A model generated the notes under the pieces. The model was not told the origin of the DNA. It saw only the letters and a list, made by a program, of their open reading frames with translations, and made no database searches. A program made the position numbers and the translations under genes. Below are positions 1 through 11,859 of a stretch of DNA of 64,000 bases, in pieces (position 1 is the stretch's first letter; the number at the start of each line of letters is the position of its first letter). The DNA is from Ostrea edulis (taxonomy: Eukaryota), in contig NC_079171.1 in assembly GCF_947568905.1 (NCBI RefSeq), positions 29,326,001 through 29,390,000 on the forward strand. Direction: 5' to 3'.

Positions 1-1655
1 TTTTAATAATATAAAGAGGAGATTTTGACTATTCTTAGTTAAGAAATACATGGTAAAGTTAAGGGGTAATCTATAGGGAAAAATGGATGTTGGGGATGGA
101 GGCTGTAATAAATTATGCTATTTGCATGTAATGTGTCTGTGTCAATGTCCAAATCCCCCCCAACACATTCAAAATTGAATGCATATTTATTGAGACCCAG
201 GGATATTCCCTACCTAGAACCTTAGGAAGGGTCAAATATACTTTCTATTCGATATGCTTTTAATCCTTATGCCCTCGAAAAAGTGATAGTTAAGGCTCTT
301 GACTCTCTTGTTGAAGTCAAGCACAAAAGTTCAGAAACCAAATGCTTATAACATTCTTTCCCGTTAAAAGATACAGACATCATTGAAATTAATGAATAAT
401 GAATATTATTTGTAGGGGCAGGTGTTTTACGAGGGTATGATGCAGTACAATTTGTGACACAGAGTGCTAATCTTCAATTTCCAGACCGTATAAGAGGAAC
501 CAACATGAGGCGTCTCATGGCAACTTTATGCCAGGTAAATTAGTTTTCTGTCACTATTTAGTTCATTTTTAAACTATACGTCTTGTGCTAAACAGTGTAA
601 AACAAAAGTCTTGAAAGTGTTTAACATTTCTTTATTACCAATTTTTTGTCGCGTGAAAGTAAAAGCAAAGATTGAAAAGTATCTTTTTCATTTTAGGCCT
701 TGGATGTGACACCTCAACAACAAAAGTGGATTGTTGATCACATGGGCCATACTCTAGATGTCCACAATATTCACTATAGATGTACATCAGACATAATAGA
801 AAGGGCAGATATTGCCAAACTTTTAATGCTGATGGATAGAAAGCAGGTGGGATACTTCAAAAACAAAAAGCTGGAAGAAATCAGCCTTGAAGGTAACAGC
901 TTAGCAGCTGTTTTATATTACATCACACAGAGAACCATGAAAATTTATCCCATTTACGTGACGAATTTTGATAATATTCCAAACTTTACATGGCACATTT
1001 TTCTTTTTTCATGTACGCATACTTCTCATTGAGTGAGAAGAATGTTCAAAATGATATGACCTAACAGTGTTGGAAAGATACTAGCTGATTCCTTTTAATC
1101 TCAGAATTAGTTGAAGAACCAGATGAACCAAATGACATACATGTAGATGAGAATGATGATAGATCTACAGAAAAGGATGAGTGTCAAGCACAGGAAGACG
1201 AGTTTATCCCGAACCTGTTGGAAGAGGAGGAAGAAGAAATTCCATTTGGTAAGTTATATGAATCCATGATTATCTTTTTTGTGGCCCATCAATTCTTATC
1301 TCTGGCCATCTATCCATGTAGGCATGTGTGTTTTTCAAACAACTATTTTGAGAATATTCATGCTAGCACTGTAGTTGGAACGTGACCTTTCTTAAGCCTA
1401 AGAAAAAAATGTTTATCTATGGTTACCTGACCAACCCTAATTTTATATGTCAACCCAGCTATTTTTTTAGATGTAAAATCAAGAAATTGCATGTTTATGT
1501 TTTCCTTCAAACATGATGGTTTATAGGTTGTAAGGTCACTTTTTAGTAGCAATTTTTAGAGCTGTCAGGTAGATTGCAAGAAAGAATATTTCATGACGAG
1601 AAGAGGAGAGCTTCAAACTGTCTGTAGGAAATTGTATGTCAAAGTTATGCCTTAA

Positions 1656-4600
1656 CCCTTTAACGCCCAGTGACACCTTTTATGTGCCGATGTGATTAAA
1701 TTGGGGGCGTTTTGTTGATAGTTGGAATACAATGAAACAAATCATATTTTCTAAAAGTAGGGTAAAAACTAAACAATTTTTCTACTCAAAGTTTTTCTGT
1801 GCGATGTTGGGAACTAGTTGAAAACATGCATTCAAAATCGCACATCGTTACCGGAAAGTAGGAAATTTAAGCCGAAATGACAAAAATTGTGTTATATTCT
1901 GTTAATAAAATCTTTTCTAAAAAACAAAATATTTAAAAATGTATATCATATTCGGAAAGGTTGAAACATTTGCTTCATTTTTTTCTTAAGGTCTTATTTA
2001 TGTACGGGCAAGTGTCATAGACTTATTTCTTCATGAAAGTAATGCATTTTATAAGTTAACATTTGACATTAGCGTGCGTGTGTATTGCGCAAATAGATTA
2101 TATAACGATACATAACTATATTTACGTGGAAAAACTAAATAAATTTATAACGGTAAATCTGTGATTGGGTTTTTGTTTTTGTTTTATGAATTAGAGCTAC
2201 TGTTTTACAACCTAAATACAATGTACATTTATTTCCCTATGTAAGCGTGTCCGCCTTCAGCCTAGGTATACGTGTGTGAACAATGGCTAATAGTACCTTA
2301 ACATTCACGGATTTTTCTTACGGATTCTTACGTATTCCACAAATCCATAAAAGTACACGGAATGTTACGATTTAGACATGGATACCGACGAGTGATTTAC
2401 GAATGCTTGTGATTGACTACGAGTCGGAGATCCGTAAGGACTCGTAATAAAAATCTGTGAGTGTGAAGGTGGTATAATGCGCACATAATTTGTGGGGTTT
2501 TTTTCTCTCTATCTTTTTCACATACATGTCCGCATTCAGCCTAAGTATATATGTGTGAAAAATGGCTAAAGCGCACGGGATTTGTGTTTTTTTTCTCTAT
2601 CTTTTTCACGTACATGCACTATATAATCTAGAAGAATAAAGTTTTGTTTACATTTGAGTGTCTCGCATGCATGAATTTAAAAAAAAGGTATATATGTATA
2701 TTTTCATTAGATGAATAGGCAATAAATATGATGTAGGCTATGGAACGGACTAAAATGTACATTTTTATAAGTTAATCATTACGAGCAAGTTGTCAGTGTG
2801 TGCTAGATGTAAGTATGTATACTCATTTAAAAATGTTAGCGTTTAGATTATGATTTTTCCGTTTATTTGCAATAATAATCTGTTAGAATTTAAAGAAAAA
2901 TAACTTCAGTACAAGTAAGTCAAATGAGTTGTTTTGACTAAATATTTTCATTTCTTGTTACGTTGTCATGACTGTAACATAAACAGCGCATAATTTAATC
3001 ATGGAGTATAGCGCTGAAAGCGATACAGGCTCAGTTTTGTTGTCCGTTGGGTCAACGTCAGACATTGGTGTAGATGACTACAGTTATGAAAAAGTTTCTA
3101 TAATAAGGACAATGAATCAGAATATATAGAAACACGGTCACCAGTGTACACTGGACAGTCATTTGAGTGATATTACGGACGAGGATTTCTACTTCTAGTC
3201 GCATCAACTCCATAGCGTAAATATTGTAAAGTTCCATGAAGATGTTGGTCCTTCTCATGAACTTGACTCCTTATATGAGGGGGCGTACAGGGGGTGGTCC
3301 TCTCCCCCTCTCTTCCCCTGAATAGTGATGAATTGCATATTCATTTGGGTACTAAAGCGTATTGCATGCCAGTTTACTACCCATATGCACGGCATCGATT
3401 ATGATACATATAGATATAACAGGCTAACGTGATATTGCAAATGTATTCTTTATATTCTGTATTTGTTAATTGTTTCTTTTATCTGTGAAAACACAATGGG
3501 CACGGCATTGAATACGTATAGCCGTTGATGCAGATTAGATGTGAAAAAGGAAAAACGAAGGAGTTATAAGAAAAGAAGTATAAGAACCTCCCCACTAAAC
3601 CTCTTTCTCCTCTTCCATGCACCTCCTTCCTCTCATTCTGTCCGCCTCCTCTTATATCATGTATACTGTTACTTTCTGCTGATATTACCTCTTGCCAGTT
3701 TTGGGGAAATAGCCAAGGATACAGATATGTAAGGAACAGAAAGCAGATCGAGTACAGGACAGCCTTTCCCCAACTGGACCCCGACAAACGAAATGCATAT
3801 CTTTGATGGGAATTAACCAATTACCCGATATCAAAATATACAGAGACATATAATCATTTCTATGATATGTACTGGTCAGATGACAATGCATCGGTAATTT
3901 TTTTTTAAATATTTTATGACAATGGCAACATTTTTGATAAAATTTCCGTTATTTGAAAAAACACCATAAAACACACACACACATACACGTGATTATACAG
4001 CATAAAATATGCATATATGTCAATACAAAATATTGCAAACATTTTGAATTATGTCAGAGAAAAAGTACGATTGTGTACGGCGCCGACGAAGACTTTCTGA
4101 TCTACATATAGTACTAAATAGTGATGCTTTTAAAAGTACCCTTAAAATATTAGTAATCAATTATCACTACATGTAAAATCATGCAAGAAAATGTACTCTA
4201 TTGATTGAATATTGTTTAATGTCCCTCTCGAGAATTTTTCACTCATATGGAAACTACTTTGTAAAAAGGGATTGTATTTTGTACGGTACATACTCAGTAC
4301 ACAAAGACCTGCAGGATAACCGCATTACGACATGCAGGTATTTTATACAGGACAGCCACGTGCATGTATGTAGCATAATTTTTCAACAGGGGGAGGGGAA
4401 GCCGGAAAAAATCCCTACACCATTGTCTAAATTTCTTGACGAGCAAATAAAAATAAATAAATGGATAAATGAATAGATAAACCAAAAACATTAAAAAAAA
4501 AATTCTTCTTTAGGACAATCAGCACTTAAATTCTCCAAACTCGGGGTGGGGATGCGGGAGTAACGTGTTGCACGTTACTCCCGCATTTCAGTTTAAAAAA

Positions 4601-6293
4601 TTCCGAAAATAAATTTTAAATTCAGGGGTGTGACATGTATTAGCGCCGACTCATCAATAATCCCAAACTTCGACTTCTTAAAAAGGGGGAGGGGGTTGCG
4701 CACCTTTCAATACATGTACACAAGTTCAATTCATAACTTCGACTTTACATTTTTATATTTCAATACTATTATAAAATATGGGAGGGGTCACCAAATATAT
4801 CTTTTAACATTAAAAGGTGTTGAGAAAAGTTGGGGGGATGGCAACACCCCCTCCCCCTATTCCACGTGTCTGCAGGAAACACGTTTTATGTTCTATGGTT
4901 GAACACCCCAGGTACCGTGAAACCTCACAGGCATTACTCTTTAATGTGATTTCTCACTAGACGTTGCCCAGTGTCTGATCGGAAACTTCTTCAGTCCGAT
5001 GAGAAACGGCTTGAATGTGAGACACATCAGCGAAAAAAGCGTCGGTGCCGATGGTGTAGTTTTCTATGCGTGATGGAGGCGAGACAGTGTACGCATTATT
5101 TTTATAATATAAATAGAAAAAATTCAGTAACAATTAATTTAGATCATATAACGCTGTAAATATATGGTGCACTGTTTTATCAATATATTCACCGTCGCAA
5201 ACCGCGCCTAATGTATATACATACGGTACTCCCGGACTTAGTAAGCGTGACTTGCGCGGATGCAATGTACATGTATTTGGCTTATTGTATTATAAACGAA
5301 CTAAGCTATTGACGCATTTATGATCTACTGAACAATATTATATTAGAATTTGGAGAGGAAAGGTATTTAATTTCTATAGGTATATGGTTGTATGTATTGT
5401 AGGTTTATAAATCTTGCGTGTATATTTGAACTTGTACTGCTAGTTTTCATGATATCATTACGTACATGACGTAAATATTGTGATAGTTTATTGAACAATT
5501 TTTCTATTTCATGGGAAGAAAAGGATGAAAAACTCATTTTAGCGATTTATGGGTTATTGTGTTCCCATGGCAACCATAACATCAGATCATACTACATAAT
5601 TGAAAACTTAGTGTAGCAGTTTACTGGTCAATTTGTATTTTCATGTGAAGGAAGGAATGAAAAATCAACAACAAAAATGTACCGGAAAAAAACCAACACC
5701 ATATTTTTGCCATTCATGGACTCATTTAGTTGCCATGGTAACTGTAAAAATTCGTTACACTGCATAATTAGAAACTTATTTTTTCATTTCGAAATTTTTA
5801 TGAGTTATATTCTAAAAATATGCGTAGAGAAAGTTTTAATTTTCATTAAAAAATTTCTTCAAGTTTTAAGGAACATTTTACAATAATTACAGGCAGTCTA
5901 CTGTATCTTATGCGCATCTTGTACTTCAATGTTTATGTACATATATAATTATATTTACAATAAATGACAATTTCATGAATGCATGTAATACATGTATATG
6001 AATACAACTATTCCTAAAATTTATTTAAATGATGGCTGATAAACATTCAATTTGTGTGTTTTAGATGACGAAACAGGTGAAAAAACACATTTTTGGGGAT
6101 CTTTGGGGTATTTTTGTTGTCATGGCAACTGTTACACCACATTTTAGTGCATAATTAAAATCTTCAAGATTTTTCCTTTCAGAATATGCATAGGTTATAT
6201 TACGAAAATGTGACTAGAAAATGCTTTAATTTCAATTTGAAATATTTGTATCTGCTTTGAAGGAAAACTCTAAAATTTCTGGTAGTTAAAGGG
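1656..6293. mobile_element. non-autonomous piggyBac-like DNA element in the YR intron
   Basis: TTAA at 1652-1655 and 6294-6297; TIRs CCCTTTAACGCCCAG and reverse complement CCCTTTAACTACCAG (13/15). No transposase recognised inside. Confidence 0.75.
2291..2474. mobile_element. MITE with TAA target duplication (PIF/Harbinger-like)
   Basis: Imperfect ~35-bp TIRs (tagtaccttaacattcacggattttt versus rc taccaccttcacactcacagattttt); TAA at 2288-2290 and 2475-2477; it splits one unit of a local ~85-bp tandem repeat (2246-2612). Confidence 0.65.
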
Positions 6294-6484
6294 TTAATGT
6301 AAAATAAAGAAAATTTTAAAAAGAAAAACAAAATTTTACCTATTGATCCAATTTTTATTAGCATGTAATAGTAAACAAATATATTTTTCTTAGGCCTTAT
6401 TATTGATTTTTGCAACATGGGATGGAAAGACATGTTCTGTTGCAAAAAATATATTTATGAAATTTCTGTCCTCTGTCATGGAAT

Positions 6485-7211
6485 CAGTGTGCGCCAAAAA
6501 CTTTTTTCGGCACTATCCCAGTCGGGCTAGCAATGGTAAAATTTTACTACCCCGAATCGCTTTCTACTAGCCCCCTTAAAAGTGTGAAAAATAAAATGAC
6601 TCAAGAGTTTTATTTCATTTAGATTTAATCAACAATGCTCATTTTTAATTTTAAGAATTAAACTTCTATGGACCGTCTGTTCTGTCAATTTATTGTCACA
6701 TCCTGGACACATCTGTTCAAAGATATATTTGATCCTGTAATAATACTGTCTTTGCTTTACATACGGATGTAGTGTCATCACAATATCTTCATAACTGAAT
6801 CATGGCTCACTGCCCTTCCCTCTTTCCATTCGTTTGAAACTTGCAGGTTTTATTATAGTCCAAAGCATAAATACTTGATGTCAGTGACAGTCTCCGTCTA
6901 TACTTTTTCTTCCATTCTTATCCATTTAAATATGGCGACCGGAAACAACAAATTATAAATAACAAAACCAAGCAAGGAGAGATAGACCAAAAAAATCATT
7001 GAGAGAGTCGTATCAATCAAGATAATTTATTTTTTAGACAAAAATGTTTTTGACATATTTTTTAATTATTGAGAAAGAAATGAATAAATAATGAATAAAT
7101 ATCACGAAAAATTCTACTAGTCCGATCGGGCTACTACCGACCTACATTTACTAGCCCGACCGAATTTTTACTAGTGTTCGGGCATCGGGCTAGTGCTTTT
7201 GGCGCACACTG
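6485..7211. mobile_element. 727-bp MITE with perfect 15-bp TIRs and a 6-bp TSD
   Basis: CAGTGTGCGCCAAAA...TTTTGGCGCACACTG, flanked by TGGAAT at 6479-6484 and 7212-7217. Confidence 0.85.
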
Positions 7212-10200
7212 TGGAATGCGCATAGGGGTATGTTGACAGGGGCCAGCAGTATTTTTATCTTCATTGTGTTTATGTTGGTCAATTTATTAAATATTGATCA
7301 ACAGATTTTAATTGTCAATTATTCCACAACACCTACTCAGATGATGAATTGTTAAAGTAGTTGACTGATGCATAAGTTCAGCACATGTAAGCTTCCTGTA
7401 GTGATTCACCTTAATACTGCTGCACTTTCAGGACAGAACTGGCAATCATAATTAAATTTGCTAAAAATACAGTCCAATTAAATGCACTTAAGATGGGATC
7501 AGAAGCCCATCCTTTACCAATATCTTCTTTTTACTTCTGACTTAACACCTATTGTATGATGTAACTAAAGACGCATGTTGCATTATCAGGTGACTGTTAA
7601 GCCTATGGGCCTGACGCAATATTATGAATTGCAGTTGGTAAATAGTATTCGACAAACCTACCATTTTAATCAGCCTAATGATGTGAAAAATTGTTTCAGA
7701 GAAAAAGTCAGTCAAGAGGAAAAAGCAAAAAAGTCTGACTAGGAAGAAATGGACACCAGCAGAAAAGGAGGAAATCAAGAAAAGATTTCTTGCACAGGAT
7801 AAGTGTCCTGGTCAAAAAGACGTCGAAAAAGTGATGGCAAAAAGCAAAAAATATGGGGGTCTACTCCATGCACGACCAAGGGACAACATAAAAAAAAGTT
7901 AGCTGTATGCTTGTGAAAGCTCGTAGAAGGAATAAAGATGTTGAATGACATTTTAATTCTTGCAGAAAAATTTCCAGATTCACAGTATTTCGCGAAGAGT
8001 TGACATCAATTAAAACTGGTGTTAAAACTTTAGACAAAATGAGAACTTTTAGACTACTATATCTACAGGCAGAACTTAGATATTCTGGGTATTCCAACCC
8101 ACTGTCTCCTTAATGGCATAATTTTTTACTTAAATACTTTGTTTTAAGTTTTCCATTATACATATTTGCTGTTTGGGTCTCGCATATACATCCATTATGA
8201 AATGTCGGTAAGTTTGTATATTTTAAGCAAGAATGATGACAGGTGTTCAGAAGTCTTTTTATATCTGGTTTGTAAGCATCCAATTAATGCTTTTGGTTAT
8301 GCTTATTGCTTTTTCATCATTCTTCAATTTCTTGTACATGTGTATATTTCAAATATCTGTAATACACGAAAACCTTAGTTGAATGGTTATTTAATTACAT
8401 GGGAAGAGATTTCAAGCAGAATCTTACTTTTGTAAAGTTACTGTTCTCATTGATATCCTTAGGAAATGGTAATTAAGGGGAATATCCTTACTACAGGCAT
8501 TTTTTACTTTGAAGGACTGGAAATACAAAAGAGGGGGAAAGAAAGAAAGTATATTCATGTAGCAGTGTTGTAAATAAATTGTGGCAGGTACAGATTTTTG
8601 AAGTGTTGTTTTAAAAAGATGTTACTTTTTTGTAATGTTCAGAACTCTTCTGATTTGATGAGAAAATCAGCCTTTTAAGGAGATTATACCATTTATAGAA
8701 TTAAACAAGATAAAAGTATTATTAACATTTTTCATGCGATACCATTAATATGGCGGGGCATAAAGTGTTTGTCATGTCTGTCTTTCGTCCTTCTCCTGTC
8801 TGTCCTTCCATCACACTTCACATTTTGCTCATTTTCAAAGATTTTTATTAATCTTCATATGCTGATACATATTTTTGAGAGCTGTGCAACTTCATCTACA
8901 TTTTTTGAGCTTGACCTTCACTTTCATCCTGACCTCACTTTTCTTAAATTTAATACATGATTTGACTAGAATCTATCAACTGTGTCCAAATTGTTTTTAC
9001 CTTGACCTTCCCAAAGACCTTGGACTTTATTTTTTATTGTGTGTAAATCTCGGTTTTAAATAACCTATTCAAGATATTTTCATCAAACTTCATACACTAC
9101 TACAAATTTTCATGTTGCTTTATTAATGAACTCATGTCCAATAGATATACTTCTTGTTTACCATTGCACTTGCAAACAGTTGTTGACAGTATGTCAGTAA
9201 ATGGTATTATTAGAATTAAGTGAGTGTGCAGGCTCTTCTGGGTAGCTGTTGTATTGTTCATACTGTATGGCATGATTTGTGAAGTAATGAGAGCATGTGA
9301 AGTATAGTAATGGCATGTGCTTCAAATACACATCTTTTAGGTCTATGTATGTGGTCTTTTGTTTCCAATTTTCTTAAATAAAGAATTGTATTTCTGAAAG
9401 TTTTTCTGTTATTATATTTGAATAGGATTGATTTTTTTTCTTGTATATAGAATACATCCTGCATAGTGGCACAAGTTTAATCTAATTATGCTTGCAAATG
9501 TGAAGGCACTTGTGTTTGTAGTCTGCACTTTATGTTATCTCATCAAAGGGCTTGAACAAGTTTCTCTGCTTTAAAAACGTTGTGCTTGCATGCATAATAT
9601 GTAGCTGTTTACATTTCAAAATTTCATTAAAATTATATCAAACTAAGACTTGTCTTTCAAAGATGTGAAAGCCACATTTTTAAAGAAAATTGTTCAATAA
9701 AATTCAGGTGTATTTGGGATGGAGCAACAATAAATAAGAGTTTAGTAAAGAAGATAGAACAAGGTGTCATTTTGCACAGCTGAAAGCTTATTCATGAGCA
9801 TGTGAATTTTGATATGCAGTGAGACACAAAATTTTGTGTTGGAACAGCCTGTGTTGGATTGCACAGTGTCAAGAACATAGACAATGTAAATTGCGAATTA
9901 AAATAAAGGTCAGAATTCACAGTGAAATGGATTACATAGAGGTTGGATTAGTTTTCACTGTATATTGAAGTTTCGTGTAAGGGGCTTGTAAGTGAAAAGG
10001 AAATCGAGGGAAAATACTTGGAACAACTACATTTTAAACCTCTGTATGCAAGTATTATTATCAGGCTTAAATCCTGTTCTCCCCACCCACTGTGGTTTTG
10101 AACAGGAATGATCAGAGACTGACGAAATAAACCTTGAAATAAAAATCTGGTAATACACACTTTCACTAAAGATCCAAACTTTATATCTATGGTGTAGATT

Positions 10201-10404
10201 TATGTTAAACTGTGATTGGGGGGAGGGGGGGGGATGAGGCTGAAAATCTGATAAAACTTGAATCAGCTACAAAGATAATCCCATAGTACAGACACAAAGA
10301 CGGACATGCAATTTGTACTTACGAATGTGGTACCCACAGGGAACAGACAAGAAATTTACATAACTACCAAATGTACAAACGATAAAATTCATACCCATAA
10401 TGAT

Positions 10405-11859
10405 TTTTTGTACCAATCATTCATTCCCCACAGTGTACAGACAGCAAAACTCCCACAATGTACCCTATGTTGGTACGTCCGTCTGTGTAGATTCGTGTCC
10501 GGGCCATAACTTCTTTGTTCTTTGACTTAGGCATACCATGTTTGGCACACAGGTAGATCACCATGAGACGATGTGTCGAGTACCTTCATGACCTCTATAT
10601 GACCTTGACCTCAAGGTCAAAATTAAAGGGGTTTTTTTTTACAATGGATTCGTGTCCGGGCCATAACTTCTTTGTTCTTTGACATAGGCATACCATATTT
10701 GGCACATGAGTGTATCACCATGAGACGATGTGTCATGTACCTTCATGACCTCCATATGACTTTGACCCTTGACCTCAAGGTCAAAATTAAAGGTTGTTTT
10801 TTTTTTTACAATGGATTCGTGTCCGGGCCATAACTTCTTTGTTCTTTGACATAGGCATACCATATTTAAACATGAGTGTATCACCATTAGACGATGTGTC
10901 ATGTACCTTCATGACCTCCATATGACCTTGACCTCAAGGTCAAAATTAAAGGTTTTTACAATGGATTCGTGTCCGGGCCATAACTTCTTTGTTCTATGAC
11001 ATAGGCATACCATATTTGACACATGAGTGTATCACCATGAGACGATGTGTCATGTGCCTTCATGACCTCCATATGACCTTGACCTCAAGGTCAAAATTAA
11101 AGGTTTTTACAATGGATTCATGCCTGGGCCATAGCTTCTTTTTTCTTTGACTTAGGCATACCATATTTGACACATGAGTGTATCACCATGAGACGATGTG
11201 TCATGTACCTTCATGACCTCCATATGACCTTGACCTGAAGGTCAAAATTAAAGGTTTTTACAATCGATTCATGTCCGGGCCATAACTTCTTTGTTCTTTG
11301 ACTTGGGCATACCATATTTGACACATGAGTGTATCACCATGAGACGATGTGTCAAGTACTTTCGTGACCTCTATATGACCTTGACCGCAAGGTCAAAATT
11401 AAAGGGTTTTTTTTTTTTTACAATGGATTCGTGTCCGGGCCATAACTTCTTTGTTCTTTGACTTGGGCATACCATATTTGACACATGAGTGTATCACCAT
11501 GAGACGATGTGTCGAGTACCTTCATGACCTTGAACTTTGACCTCAAGGTCAAAATTGATGATAGGGTTTTGACATAGTCATACCATAAGACATGGGTGTA
11601 TCACCATGAGACTATGTGTCATTGTACATTCATGACCTCTTTATGACCTTGACCTTTGATCTCAAGGTCAAAATTATAGGTTTATGCCATGGATTTGTGT
11701 TCGTACTATATCTTCCATTTTCTTCTACAAATGCATACCATATTTTTACACTCAGGAAAGAGGTAATTTATACCTATTAACAACACCCTTTGGGAGATTG
11801 GGGTAAGCGGGGGGGGGGGGGGGATTCTTAGTGAGCATTGCTCACAGTACATCTTGTTT
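10405..11859. mobile_element. Helitron/Helentron-type non-autonomous element with internal satellite-like tandem array
   Basis: Monomer starts (gattcgtgtccgggccataac) at 10490, 10647, 10814, 10964, 11115, 11266 and 11426 (150-167 bp), plus a degenerate unit; terminal hairpin GTGAGCA-T-TGCTCAC at 11831-11845 followed by agtacatcttgttt. Left boundary approximate. Confidence 0.7.

Larger units (their letters stand above)
416..7948 (+). pseudogene. 3' part of a spliced tyrosine recombinase (phage-integrase-like) gene with acidic linker and C-terminal Myb/SANT-like tail; 5' end lies outside the window
   Basis: GT-AG exons 416-534, 697-892, 1105-1248 and 7700-7948 splice in frame: ...FPDRIRGTNMRRLMATLCQ|ALDVTPQQQKWIVDHMGHTLDVHNIHYR... 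(YR box II: R, H and Y nucleophile), an acidic exon, then RKKWTPAEKEEIKKRF...CPG. An A-run at ~7890-7898 gives TAG at 7900, with the apparent frame continuing to TGA 7946-7948. Confidence 0.75.

Noticed and set aside
3058-10166. Many 60-110 aa ORFs in the ORF track
   Set aside because: Low-complexity Phe/Ile/Leu-rich translations of AT-rich intron or repeat DNA, or antisense shadows of real exons; no motifs.
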